Source: Mobula hypostoma (lineage: Eukaryota). Taken from it: DNA of 64,000 nt. A program made the translations under genes and the position numbers. The stretch covers positions 86,244,001-86,308,000 of the forward strand of contig NC_086097.1 of NCBI RefSeq assembly GCF_963921235.1. Reading direction: 5' to 3'. Below the pieces are notes generated by a model that was given only the letters and a program-made list of their open reading frames with translations, was not told the origin of the DNA and made no database searches. Below are positions 37,801 through 51,338 of the stretch, in pieces. The first letter of the stretch is position 1. Every line of letters starts with the position of its first letter.

Positions 37801-38739
37801 TACACTTTAGGAAGGATTTATTGACCTCGGAGGAAATGTAGTGTTGATTTATCAGTTTGATATTGGAAATGGAAGAGTCAAACTTAAGAAACTGAATGAC
37901 ACTAGGATTCCAAGAGTTAAAATATAAATATATTGCCTTGACTAGCAAGGCTTAAGAGTGATTTGACTAAATTTTGCTAGGTACTAAGGAGAATTGATAG
38001 GGAAGGTTGAGGAAAATTATTTTGGTTATTTGGGAAGTCTAGAATTGGGAGACAAATTTAGAGGTGGGCCTTTCAGGTGTGAAGTTTTCAGGTGCTTATA
38101 TATGCAAGAATAATATAACTTTAGAGCTTTAATACACAAATTGCAATGATGATTTTATTTTAATGAGTTAATAGATGTCAAGAAATGTTGTATCAAGTGA
38201 GTACATGGAAGGGATCAGTAGAAAGCCCTGCGAGGTTTGGTGGGTACTCCTATCCCTATATGCCTGGGCACAGACACAGACACAAACAAGCAAAAAGCAA
38301 AATCTCTCAATGAATTCTGCAATTTATCCAACAAGTAAATTGCAAAATTCATAGAGCTTTTGCTTTCTGCAGCTAAGCAATGTTTCTGCTGCAGATAAAT
38401 TAGCAGAGGGGATAATTCTGGGATCTATCAGATTGTCTATTCATTGTTACAGGACTAGGAGGTATAATGAACTTCTGAACTACATGGACTGAGCTGTTTC
38501 AGGTATCACCATGAAACAGTGATCATATACATTAAAGTACAGAAACAGTCTTTCTAGCTCATAGTGTTAACTTCTAAAGAATCTGTCTATTTCAATCACA
38601 TGGCCATATTCTTTCTTATTTTCTTATCTTCTATTTCATATACGTTCAGACCTTATTATCTAGGGAGATGAATAATAAAAGTGCAGATACATGCATTTGT
38701 ACTCAATAAGCTTCAAAAAAATATAGATATGTGCAAAGA

Positions 38740-41700
38740 TAGAACCATAGAACCATAGAACATAAGAGCACAGAAACAGGCCTTTTGGCCCTTCTTGGCT
38801 GTGCCAAACCATTTTTCTGCCTAGTCCCACTGACCTGCACCTGGGCCATATCCCTCCATACACCTCCCATCCATGTACCTGTCCAAGTTTTTCTTAAATT
38901 TTAAAAGTGAGCCTGCATTTACCACTTCATCTGGCAGCTCATTCCACACTCCCACCACTTTCTGTGTGAAGAAGCCCCCCCCCCATGTTTCCTTTGAACT
39001 TTTCCCCCTTCACCCTTAACCCATGTCCTCTGTTTTTTTCTCCCCTTGCCTCAGTGGAAAAAGCTTGCTTGCATTCACTGTATCTATACCCATGATAATT
39101 TCATATACCTCTATCAAATCTCCCCTCATTCTTCTACACTGCAGGGAATAAAGTCCTAACCTATTTAACCTTTCTCTGTAACTGAGTTTCTCAAGTCCTG
39201 GCAATATCCTTCTAAACCTTCCCTGCACTCTTTCAACCTTATTAATATCCTTCCTGTAATTTGGTGACCAAATCTGTACATAATACTCCAAATTCGGCCT
39301 CACCAATGCTTTATACAACCTCAACATAACATTACAACTCTTATACTCAATACATTGATTTATAAAGGCCAATGTACCAAAAGCTCTCTTTACGACCCTA
39401 TCTACCTATGACGCCACTTTTAGGGAATTTTGTATCTATATTCCCAGATCCCTCTGTTCTACTGCACTCCTTTGTGCCCTACCATTTACCCTATATGTTC
39501 TACCTTGGTTTGTCCTTCCAACATGCAATACCTCACACTTGTCTGCATTAAACTCCATCTGCCATTTTTCAGCCCATTTTTCCAGCTGGTCCAAATCCCT
39601 CTGCAAGCTTTGAAAACTTTCCTCACTGTCCACTGCACCTCCAATCTTTGTATCATCAGCAAATTTGCTGATCCAGTTTACCACATTATCATCCAGATCA
39701 TTGATATAGATGACAAATAACAATGGACCCAGCACTGATCCCTGTGGCACACCACTAGTCACAGTTTCCACTCTGAGAAGCGATCCTCCACAACCACTCT
39801 CTGGCTGCTTCCATTGAGCCAATGTCTAATCCAATTTACCGCCTCTCCATGTATACCTACCGACTGAATCTTCCTAACTAACCTCCCACGTAGGACTTTG
39901 TCAAAGGCCTTACCGAAGTCCATGTAGACAACATCCACTGCCTTCCCTTCATCCACTTTCCTGGTAACCTCCTCGAAAACTCTAATCGATTGATTAAACA
40001 TGACCTACTACGCACAAAGCCATGTTGACTCTCCCTAATAAGTCCCTGTCTATCCAAATACTTGTAGATCCTATCTCTCAGTACTCCTTCCAATAATTTG
40101 CCTGCTACCGACGTCAAACTTACAGGCCTATAATTTCCCAGATTACTTTTAGAGCCTTTTTTAAATAACGGAACAACATGAGCTATCCTCCAATCCTCCG
40201 GCACCTCACCTGTAGACGGTGACATTTTAAATATTTCTGCCAGGGCCCCTGCAATTTCAACACTAGTCTCCTTCAAGGTCCGAGGGAGTACCCCATCAGG
40301 TCCTGGGGATTTATTTACTCTGATTTGCCTCAAGATAGAAGCACCTCCTCCCTCTCAATCTGTATAGGTTACATGACCTCACTATTTGTTTGCCTTATTT
40401 CCATTGACTCTATATCAGTTTCCTTAGTAAATACAGACGCAAAAAACCCATTTAAGATCTCCCCCATTTCTTTTGGTTCCATACATAGCCGACCACTCTG
40501 ATCTTCAAGAGGACCAATTTTATCCTTTACTATCCTTTTGCTCTTAATATACCTGTAATAGCTCTTTGGATTATCCTTCACCTTGACTGCCAAAGCAACC
40601 TCATGTCTTCTTTTAGCCCTCCTGATTACTTTTTTAAGTATTTTTTTTGCACTTTTTATACTCCTCAAGCACCTTATTTGCTCCCTGTTTCCTATACATG
40701 TCATACATCTCTCTCTTCTTCTTTATCAGAGTTCCAATATCCCTTGAGAACCAAGGTTCCTTATTCTTATTCACTTTGCCTTTAATCCTGACAGGAACAT
40801 ACAAACTCTGCACTCTCAAAATTTCTCCTTTGAAGGCCTACCACTTACCAATCACATCCATGCCAGAGAACAACCTGTCTCAATCCACGCTTTTCAGATC
40901 CTTTCTCATTTCTTCAAATTTGGCCTTTTTCCAGTTTAGAACCTCAACCTGAGGACCAGATCTATCTTTATCCATGATCAAGTTATGATCACTGGAACCA
41001 AAGTGTTCCCCTACACACACTTCCGTCACCTGTCCTAACTCGTTTCCTAATAGGAGATCTAATATTGCATCCTCTCTAGTTGGTACCTCTATATATTGAT
41101 TTAGAAAACTTTCCTGAACACATTTTACAAAATCTAACCCATCTAGACCTTTAACAGTATGGGAATCCCAATCAATATGTGGAAAATTAAAATCCCCTAC
41201 TATCACAACTTTATGTTTACTGCGGTTGTCTGCTATCTCTCTGCAGATTTGCTCCTCCAATTCTCGCTGACTATTGGGTGGTCTATAATACAACCCCTTT
41301 CCTGTTTCTCAGCTCCACCCATATGGCCTCGGTAGACAAGCCCTCTAATCTGTCCTGCCTGAGCACTGCTGTAATATTTTCCCTGAGTAGCAATGCCACC
41401 CTCCCCCCCTCCACCCTTCATCCCTCTGCCTCTATCACGTCTGAAACGTCGGAACCCTGGAACATTAAGCTGCCAGTCCTGCCCCTCCTGCAGCCAAGTT
41501 TCACTAATGGCTATAATGTCGTAATTCAATGTGTCAAACCACGCCCTCAGCTCGTCAGCCTTCCCCACAATACTCCTTGCATTGAAATAGACACACCTCA
41601 GAAGAATATTACCACCACACACAACCTTTCTATTTGTGACTTTGCATGAACTTTTGACGTAATTTATTTTCACCTCCGCTCCACTATCTGCTCTGGCACT

Positions 41701-41745
41701 CTGGTTCCCATCCCCCTGTAAATCTAGGTTAAACCCTCCCCAGAT
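38740..41745 (-). mobile_element. CR1 LINE with nearly complete but frameshifted ORF2 (APE endonuclease and RT)
   Basis: YFNARS...ISETWL, YYRPPN, VGDFNFP, LDL.L...GSSDHN endonuclease motifs; RT motifs; (ATAGAACC)n tail on the plus strand. Confidence 0.95.
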
Positions 41746-44184
41746 CAATGCATTAAATATTGAAATACATAAAAAAATGATATTAACTAATAAACAATTT
41801 AATTAAACTTGCAGTGACTGGTTTTGTACTAACAAGGTGTTCTTGAGTAAACAATATTCATTCTTTTTTGGAACAGCGCACTTGATACAAGTGACCTGGA
41901 AAGCGATCATTCTATTTAGAGAGACAATAATTTCTTCCTCAATTGTACATATATAGAGATATATTTGTTCAAACATTTTGAGATAGAGTCTGCGGCTGAA
42001 CTCATGAATGTTTGGATCCATAGGTGGCAAAATCCCTTATAAGTGATACCCTGGTCACAGACACATTAACTGTTAACAGTACTCCTCCTCATTCTTCAGA
42101 AGTCCTTAAAACTATGGACAACTTGCTTCTATTTTGGTTTTGTAGATTCAGAGGAGGGCAATGAGGCAGTGTGGGCCCCAAAGCTTCCGTCCTTGGTGGA
42201 GCAGTGAGTGCATTATAGAAGGGATGGGTGGGTAGCTTGAGATGGTGCATTCTGTCCAGTTTATATTGAGTTTCTGGACATTCTAAGCAAAGAGTCTTTA
42301 ACTTCACAGTGCCACACTGAATGTCATCCATTTTGAATGGTCATAGGTCAAGAAGTCCACACCTTGGTGGGACTACTATTCATTGTTTCCTCCATCGACA
42401 TTGTAGCCTTCTGTCATAATGCAGCTGAGAGTTGTGAGAAATCAGGTGTTGTTCATATCGACAGTGTGGCTTGCCCATGAGAATCATCTGAGTGCAACTG
42501 GGGTCCTGATGTTGGAAACATTGACCTGATTGGCCTGTGTGTTGGTTCACTAATCCTGCCTGTGGTCTTGGAGTTACTTGCATTGGTGATACCTCTCCAG
42601 TGCCTTGAGATGCCTATTGCTTGCAATCTACTGTACTTATCCAAACTGCACAAGAGGGCATGGATCATTACTGTATGACTGCCTCACACTGGGTATGAAT
42701 CCTTGATTTTCAATACTTAGCCTGCAGTGGCTTGGCTCTCCTTCATAGTTGCCTGTTTACCAATCTCAAAATCCCAGGATGAGGAATGGGAATATAGCCA
42801 AACAAATACGAACTCTCCAATGTTTTGGTCACCTAATTTACATTTTGTTCACGGATTTTGCTTAGCACATGGCAGTGAAGTCCTCCGCACTTCTGATCCG
42901 TGCCAATAGCCAATCGGTAGACTGCTTTGCAATCACATTAATAAGGAAGGAGCTGAAAACAGATTTCTTTCCACCCACTCACATTACTTCAAACAATCAA
43001 ACTCACCGACAGAAGAAAAGAGCGTGTATGAAAACAAAAACTGAAAATATCACATCATTACCATAGCAGAAAAAACCCTCAAGTCTAATTGAAATTCCTG
43101 GCTGCTACAAATATGGATTCTGACAGCAGGCATTGTGAGGAATTCACATGTTGAGTTGTTTTACATGTATTAGATTCAAAATAAATTTCTTGGGTTTTTT
43201 GTAGCAAGGAAGCGTCATGTTGTGTTCATGTTACAGGCCAAGTCTTTATGCAAAGATGTCTTTAGATTTGTGAAACTGGCAACCAGATTATTGGGAAAAT
43301 AGATCCCGAAGCTTTAGTATACGTATATTATTATTAGTACTGCTGAGTGTGCAAGCTCTTAATCCTAAAGTGAATTAGTCTCCTATTGATTTTCCTCGGT
43401 GCAATCTCAGTAATATACACTTGGGTCTATCTTTTTGTTCAATTACATTCATTCCAACTCCCCAGATGGGCTCAAGACTGAACGCCTTTTTCTGGGATGA
43501 CGATTTATCATGTAATGCAGACAACCGCTGTGGTTCTGTAACAGGCTGCCTTGCCATGCGTGAAATGGAGGGCGAGAACATTTTTGTCTGCAAGCAGAAT
43601 GAGAAGGACAGATTTAGTGCAGAATACAGAGCTGAAAGGAACCAGGAATAATCACAGCATAAAAACAAAAAGCAATCATCATGTACCGGTGAATAAATAT
43701 GAGGCAGTCCAGTTTCTAAACTTACATGTTAACTATAACAATCTATGCTTTTGGGATCTCAACAAAAAGTTTCAGAAATATTAGTGGGTCCAATCTTCTT
43801 TTATTTAACTTAGAATATATAGGACTTGAATTCAGTGATTCCTATATTTTTATCTGTAAGTTTTTACAATTAGTCATAGAGGAAATTTGATATTTGCTTA
43901 TGAAACAAGAGAAAGTTGGATTGATTTTCAGAGAAGAGTTCATAGAACTAAGCCCCATTTCAGCTTGATATCTCAGTGTGGTAATAGTGGAATGTTATAT
44001 TACTTGTGCCACCTTTTAGATCACAATTCAACCATGGTCCATTCCAGTTGATACCAAATAACCACAGAGGTATTCAAAGAAGCGCAGTGAACTTGCAAAG
44101 ACTCTTGACCTACTTAATCCAAACTTCTCTGGATGAGATTTGAATTCTCTTACATTTATCTAATAGTTCCTTTAAACAAAATAT

Positions 44185-44710
44185 GCACTCAGTGGCCAAA
44201 TTATTAGGTACCCCCTCTACTTAATAAAGAGGCCACTGAATGTATGTCCATGATCTTCTGCTGCTGTAGCCCATCCAATTCAAAGTTCAAAGTATTGTGC
44301 ATTCAGAGATGCTCTTCTGCACACCACTGTTGTAAAGTGTGGTTATTTGCATTACTGTCACCTTCCTGTCAGGGCTTGAACCAGTTTGGTTGTTCTCCTC
44401 TGATCTCTCTCTGCCACTCACTAGATGTTTGTTTTTTTGCACCATTCTCTGTAAACTCTAGAGACTGTTGTGCATGAAAACCCCAGGAGATTAATGGTTT
44501 CTGAGATATTCAAACCACACTGCCTGGCATCAATAAATATTCCATGGTCAAAGTCAATTAGGTCACACGTCATCCCTATTCTGATGATTAGGCTGGACAA
44601 CAACTGAACCTCTTGACCATGCCTGTATTAAATTGCTGCCCCATGATCGGCTGATTAAATAATTGCATTAACAAGCAAGTGTAAATATCTAATCAGCTAT
44701 TCTCAGCCAA
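44185..44710 (-). mobile_element. Tc1/mariner-derived DNA transposon remnant
   Basis: TIR-like CACTCAGTGGCCA...TTATTAGGTAC; ORF DL.DFD.G...AR..G..ISE...LLGFS.TTVSRVYREW matches a Tc1 N-terminal HTH. Confidence 0.75.
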
Positions 44711-44759
44711 TCAATGAGCAAGAAATGCCTCGGTAGTCTACACTCTGATGAGGAAATGA

Positions 44760-45095
44760 TCAACTTCTGTCTCAAATATACCCATGGACTTGGCCTCCAC
44801 TGCACTCTGTGGCAGAATGTTCCACAAATTCACTACTCTCTGCCTGAAAAAAATTCCTCCTAACACTGTTCTAAAAGATCACCCCTCAATTTTGAGTCTA
44901 TTCCCTCTAGTTCTGGATACCCCCATAGGAAACATCCTCTCCACATCCACCCTATCTAGTCCTTTCAATATTTGGTAGGTTTCAATGAGATCTTCAAGCA
45001 GTCTTCTAAATTCCAGTGAGTACAGGCCCAAAGCTGCCAAACCCTCCTCATTCCTGGAATCATCCTCATGAACTTCCTCTGGACTCTCTCCAGTG
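44760..45095 (-). mobile_element. CR1 fragment
   Basis: LGLYSLEFRRL..DLIETY.ILKGLDRVD. Confidence 0.8.
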
Positions 45096-45099
45096 ATAC

Positions 45100-45870
45100 T
45101 CTTGGTAGGGTCACCCATGCCAAACAGATCAAAGCGCAGAGGCCAGACTAAAAGTGGTCCTCTGGTTCTCCAGGTTTGGGGGTCAAGCTGAGGGCTAACA
45201 ACTCTGGTGGGTAAAACAAAATTCTTACAGAAACATCAATGAAGAAACTTTCTACATCTGAGTGTGATGGAATTCCTGAGTTTCCACCTGCAACTTGTAT
45301 GATGGACAGAATTGAAAACCAAGAAGAAGATACTGACACGATGAAGGAAGCTGTAAACTCCGCCTGAGATGGAGGACCTTCAATAATGTCCTAAGTGAGT
45401 GCGGCATAACAGGAAGTAAATAGTGGAGGTGTAAAGTGCTCCTTCCCTCCATGAGCCTGCAGGTCACCCTTGGGCAAGATGTAGCACCTGCTTAGCGCTC
45501 TCCCCCCCCCCACCCCCCATTAGATCAGGGTCAGGTGAAGCCATGGGAGCAAGCGGTGGATGGTTATATGAGCAGCTGATGCATATCACAAGTCCTGGTT
45601 ATGTGACCACTGACACTAGGCTGTCAATCTCTGAAGAGTATTGGTAATGGCTGGGGTTACCCATCTTGTAACGACACTGCCCAGAAGAAGGCAATGGCAA
45701 ACCATTTCTGTAGAAAAATTTGCCAAAAACAATCATGGTTGTGGATACAGCAACAGTGTGAAGGGGTCTTCCCCGTAGGGAGCAATCCCTCACTCGGTAG
45801 ACAGATTAAAGACAAATGGAAGACCATGACCACCCATGTCATATGACATGGCACAAAATGATGGTGATAA
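45100..45870 (+). mobile_element. Two adjacent RTE-derived non-autonomous retroposons (about 45100-45422 and 45424-45870)
   Basis: RTE-like 5' motif GGGCTAACAAC...GTAAAA; BovB/Bov-A-like GAAGGCAATGGCAAACCA; short microsatellite-like tails. Confidence 0.55.
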
Positions 45871-46499
45871 CTCAGTAGTAGGATGGGAAAGTGTAGCCTA
45901 GGAAAGACAGCTGTATGCCATTGCAAACAATAAGCAGGTGTTTGATCCAATAACTATCTGGATTGTTCGTCTGATAAGAAAGAGTTACAAGGTATTGAAA
46001 TGGACAAAAGGCAAAAGAAGGCTACTTCAGGCAGGGTAGCAGCCTTCCTCTCTAGAAGTAAACTACTTTATGGGACATCAAGTCACTTTATGATCACTTT
46101 TATTGTTCGTGTCTTGAACTTCATTGAAAATTGTCCTAAGTGGGATTTTCCTTCACATCAGTACAGGATCTTAGAACTCAATTCCTGGAGAATGTTGTCT
46201 AGGCTTTTCTGCATTTTGGATATGGACTTGGACTATAGACTTTTCTCAGTCTTATAGATGTTTATATTCTATGTTTTTCGACTGATATTTCTAGTTTTTT
46301 TTGTGTGGAGGGGCAGTGGGATTTTGGGGTCGATGTGCCTGTTCCATTTTTGTTCATTTTTTTTGTGCAGAGAGGGGGGATTTTGGGGGTTGATAATTGT
46401 GCTATCACTCTCTTCTTTCTTGGTTTTGTGACTATCTGGAGAAGAAGGATTTCAGAGTTGTATACTTCAATAATAAGTGAATCTTTGAACCTTTGAATT

Positions 46500-48295
46500 C
46501 AGAATGAAATCAGGAGGGATAAAAGAAGGCATGAAGTTGTTCTAGCATACAAGGTTAAAGAGAATCCCAAGGGCTACTACAGATATATTAAGAGCAAAAG
46601 GATAGCAAGGGATAAAATTGCTCCTCTCGAAGATCAGAGTGGACATCTATGCATGGAACTGAAAGAGATGGAGGAGATCATAAATGGATGTTTTGCTTCT
46701 GTATTTATTTGGGAAATGACCCGGAGTCCATAAAAGTGAGGCAAATAGCAGTAAGGTCATGGATGATATGAAGATTACAGAGGAGATGGTGTTTGCTGTG
46801 TGAGGTAAAGTAGGGTGGACAAATCCCCAGGACCTGAAAAGGTGTTTCCTTGTACCTTGTGGAATCCCTAGCATCAATAGTTAAAATGCCCTTAGCAAAA
46901 TGTGAGGTGTCAGAGGACTGGAGGATAGCTAATGTTGTTCTATTGTTTAAGAAAGGCTCTAAAAATAAGCCAGGAAATTATAGGCTGGTGAGCCTGACAT
47001 CAGTAGTGCATAAGTTATTGGAAGATATTCTAAGGGACTGGATATGTAAGTATTTGAATGGACGGGGACTGATTAGGATAGTCAACATGGCTTTGAGTGT
47101 GGTAGGTTGTGTCTAACCTTATAGAGATTTTTGAGGATGTTAACAGGAAAGTTGATGAAGGCTAGGCAGCAGACATTGCCTACATGGACTTCAGCAAGGC
47201 CCTTGACAAGGTCCTGAGTGGGAGGTTGGTTAATAAGGTTCAGTTGCTTGGCATTCAGGAAGAGGTGGTAGATTGGATTAGACAAGACTAGTAGGTGGTT
47301 ACCCCTCTGACTGGAGGCCTGTGACTAGTGATGTGTCAAAGGGATCGGTGCTAAGTCTGTTGTTGCTTGTCATCTATATCAACAATCTGGATGATAATGT
47401 AGTAAACTCGGTCAGTGAATTTATGGATGTCACCATGATTTGGGGTGTAGTTGACAGTGAAGAAGACTGTCAAAGCTTGTTGTGGGATCTGGGCCACCTG
47501 GAAAAATGGTCTGAAAAATAGCATAAGGAATTTTGGAGACAAGTGTGAGGTGTTACACTTTGGAAAGACCAACCAGGGTAGGACTTACACAGTGAACAGC
47601 AGGCCACTGAGGAGTGTTGTAGAACAGAGGCGTCTGGGAATAGAGATTCATGATTCATTAAAAGTAGCATCACAAGAAGATAGGGTCGTAAAGAGAACTT
47701 CTGCATAAATCGAAGTATTGAGTGCAGGAGTTTGGATGTCATGTTGTAATTGTATAAGATGTTAGTGAGGCCTGATTTAGAGTATTGTCTACCTACATGA
47801 AATATATCAATACTGTAAGATTGAAAGAGTACAGAGAAAATTTGGAAGGATGTTGCCAGGACTTGAGGACTGGAATTATAGGGAAAGGTTGAATAGGGTA
47901 GAGCTGAGGAAAATGAGAGGAGATTTGACAGAGGTGTACAAAATTATGAGGAGTTTAGATACTGTTTATGCAAGTAGGCTTTTTCCACTGAGTTTGGGTG
48001 AGACTAGAATTAGAGATTAAGTGTTAAGGATGTAAGGTGAAATATTCAAGAGGAACATGAGAGGCAACTTCTTTACTCTGAGGGTGGTGAGAGTGTGTAA
48101 CAAGCTGTGGATTAGTGGAAGTTTTAGATTCAGGTTAGCATTCAACATTTAAGAGAAATTTAGATAGATAAATGAGTTGGACAGGTATGAAAGGCTCTAG
48201 TCTGGGTGCAGGTTGATGGGACTAGGCAGATTTGGCACAGACACGATGGGCTGAAGGGCCTGTTTCTGTGCCGGAGAGTTCTATGACTCTATGAT
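46500..48295 (+). mobile_element. Decayed CR1 LINE ORF2 and 3' UTR
   Basis: EDWRIANVV.LFKKG...PGNYR motif; RT remnants; CTATG tail. Confidence 0.9.
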
Positions 48296-48794
48296 CCTAT
48301 TTGGGATCACCAATTCAAAAACATAACTATCTTCCTAGAATATATCATACAGACTCAGCCAGTCTCAAGTCACTTTATAGTAAGCTTGCACAATTGATCA
48401 AAGTCCTTTTATGTTTAGAATACAATATAATTCAGAGTTCCCCCATTTACTGATCAATACTTAATGACCTGAAAGACTGGCTGCTTTGACAGAGAAAACA
48501 AACTTGTGCTTAGTATTGTGATGTCCCAAAAGGTCAACAATTCCCATTGCAGACTCACACAGGAACAGTAGCACCAGCACAAGATACTGTATTTGATACT
48601 TTGCAGGTAGGAAATATCTTGTCTGAATATAATTCAGCTATTTGAGAAAAGGATGAAGAAAATAAAGGGGGGTAAATGGAGAAAGTTGTTACTGAATGTG
48701 AGCAGCATTGTGCAGTTGTGGTATCAGAATGGAGTTGAGGTACTTGGTATCTGCTAAAATACCATAAATACAGAGTCCTGTTATCCTAAATATG

Positions 48795-49112
48795 AAAGAT
48801 TAGATTTATTTGTCTCTTGTACATGAAAACTTCAAAACATACATTGTTTGAGTTAATGGACAACACAGTCTGAGGATGTGCTGGGGGCAGCCTGTAAGAA
48901 GCACCATGCTTCCAGTGTCAACGTGGCATGGCCACAACTTACTAAATTTAACCGTTCATCTTTAGAATATGGAGGGAAACCAGAGCACCAAGAGGAAACC
49001 CACACAGTTATGCAGACAGAGAATGTACAAATTGCTTCCGGACAGCAGTGGAATTGAACCCAAGTTGCTGGTACTGTAAAGTGTTACCCTAATTGCTATG
49101 CTACCATGTGGC
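48795..49112 (-). mobile_element. tRNA-derived V-SINE
   Basis: GGAATTGAACC (reverse B-box), reverse V-domain GAGGAAACCCAC, tail shared with 440-565. Confidence 0.7.
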
Positions 49113-49554
49113 CCAGTACCAATATAAACTGAAACATCATCCAGAGCTGTATGGTTTAAGCTGAAAATGTAAGCTGTAAAAGTGACCCTTTAGTGCCGTG
49201 ATTGTCCAATAAACTTAAAAATACATATTGACTAAGTCAAAAGCAATAACATAATACCAAGGGAATCTGTTTTCAAAACTCAATTTTAATGGAAAATTTA
49301 AAAAAAAATGTTCATTTTGTTATTCTGTTACTCCAATAAGCAAATTGAAAGATTGGAGCTATTTTACAACAGTCCTACTTCCCTAAAATTTCCCCTTTAT
49401 TTCACCCAGTGCGTTCATCCACCAAGTGTTCATGGTTGGTCTAAGTGTTGCTTTCATGTCTGACTCCTAAACAGAAGATCAGCAATTTGAACTTCTGAGA
49501 ACACTTCTCCATTGGACGGGGTTCGGCTCTTCGTTGCTGAATGCAGAACAGATC

Positions 49555-50370
49555 ACAAAGCATTCAACAGCTCCATTTAATATCAGAGAAATGTATACAA
49601 TGTACATCCTGAGATTCTTTTTCTTCGCAGACATCCACAAAAAACAGAAGAGTGCCCCCTCTACTCCCCTCTCCCATGCACAAACAGTAGCAAAGCAACG
49701 GCCCTCCCCACCCACTTATGCAAAGCAGCATCAGCACCCTCTACCCACCAAGCAAAAAATAGAAAATCCCCCAGCAAAGACCATGATCTGCAGTACAACA
49801 AAATCTAATTGTTCACCCAACACTTCGACATGCCACAGGCCCTCTCTCTTCCTAATAAAGGGAGAAAAGGTGTCCCTTTCACAGCAAGAGGGGAGACATA
49901 ACGAACAACTTGCTGATTTATGGTGTTAAAAGTCTGTCATGCTGTGACCCGAGAATCGGCAACAATCTCTCACCACCAACGAGAGAGAGAGAGGGATAGC
50001 GAGAGCACAACTCGCTGAGTACAGAGCCTCTGACAGCTGATCCGCTGTTCCTGATGTTCCGTTCTCTCCCGCAACGCTTCAGTCAGCAGCACTGACATAG
50101 AATCAGCCTGTTCACAGGGCCGCGAAAACTTGGAACCCAAGAGGTGTGCTTGTCTTTTAGGCTGCATCCTCGAAAAGCTGTTTGCCACGAGCCCTGGGAG
50201 CATGTCCCACCACTGCAAAGAACCAAAGTCTGAGTGTAACTCCAGGTCAGGGTTTTCAACAGAACCCCATCCTCCCTGAAAGGGAAAAGGAGAGACATCA
50301 AAGGTAGAAATTAAGTTATTTTCATAGATGAATATGAAGAAGTGTCAATTTAGTACCATCATGACTCCAC
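49555..50370 (-). mobile_element. Non-autonomous LINE-like retroposon (3' ends also at about 36890-36995 and 46170-46497)
   Basis: Shared 3' block ...GAAGAA.GAAT.TCAG..TGTA...ATTTCTCTGA.ATTAAA; decayed AGATGGCG-like head near 50360. Confidence 0.55.
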
Positions 50371-50445
50371 CTCTGCCTATGTTTATTGTGATGATAGAAA
50401 GATGTCGTATGGTGAAAAGACTTTTGCCATATATTGTAATGTCAC

Positions 50446-50651
50446 GCAAACATGAAGAAATCTGCAGATGCTGGAATTTCAAGCAACACACATAAAAGTT
50501 GCCGGTGAACGCAGCAGGCCAGGCAGCATCTCTAGGAAGAGGTACAGTCGAAGGGTCCTGACGAAGGCTCTCGACCTGAAATATCGACTGTACCTCTTCC
50601 TAGAGATGCTGCCTGGTCTGCTGCGTTCACCGGCAACTTTTATGTGTGTTG
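50446..50651. mobile_element. Penelope-like inverted pseudo-LTR insert (68-bp hairpin arms) with a hammerhead core in the loop
   Basis: Arms 50484-50551 and 50584-50651 (one mismatch); 13-bp TSD ATTGTAATGTCAC (50433-50445, 50652-50664); CTGACGA...GAAA in the loop. Confidence 0.85.
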
Positions 50652-51338
50652 ATTGTAATGTCACTATCCCTTCTTTCCAGGTAGTCCCAATTCTGGCTCA
50701 AAGAGCTTACTCAATACCCCTTTAAGACCTGTTTTGAATCCATTACAACTGCTGTTTCAGGAGTGAAGTCCAGACACAATTCACTGCAATTTTTTTCTCT
50801 CATATTTTCTTTGGTTCTTTTACCAATCAAATTAAACCTTTGTCTTGTACTATTGATTCTGCTAAGACTGGAAGTAGTTTCATCTTATTTACTCTCCACA
50901 AAGCCACAATTTAGTCTATGAAAAAAAACACTGCTGTGTGAATGTTAGGTGAGATCAGTTACATGTGTTTTAATCTTAATCTCCTTCTGTCAAAAGATAA
51001 CTCAGGCTTTCTGCTTGCTTACCCTACCAAATCCTGGGTGATGCAAATGCAGACTATAAATTGCAGACAAGTTTCAGTGGTCTTGTCCTCTCCTTCAATT
51101 TTATAGGCATCACTGTTTGGAAAGATGTGAAAGGTAGACTGCTACCTCAAAGCCCCATTTTCAATTGTGACCTTGGGTGCTAACTGCATTGAGTTTGTAC
51201 ATTCTCCATGTGACTTCATGGGTTTCTTCCAGATTCTTCAATTTCCTCCCACATTCATGATAATTATCCATGTTAATTGTCCATGATCAATTGCTCTTAA
51301 TACATAAGTGAATGGGAGAAACTGGAAGGTATTGATGG

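Noticed and set aside
43375..43668. Minus-strand acceptor-like site (TTCTCATTCTGCTTGCAG) followed by an open frame
   Set aside because: No recognisable protein motif and no clear downstream donor; cannot be supported as an exon.
50468..50725. Near-identical ORFs on both strands
   Set aside because: Artefact of the palindromic Penelope insert.
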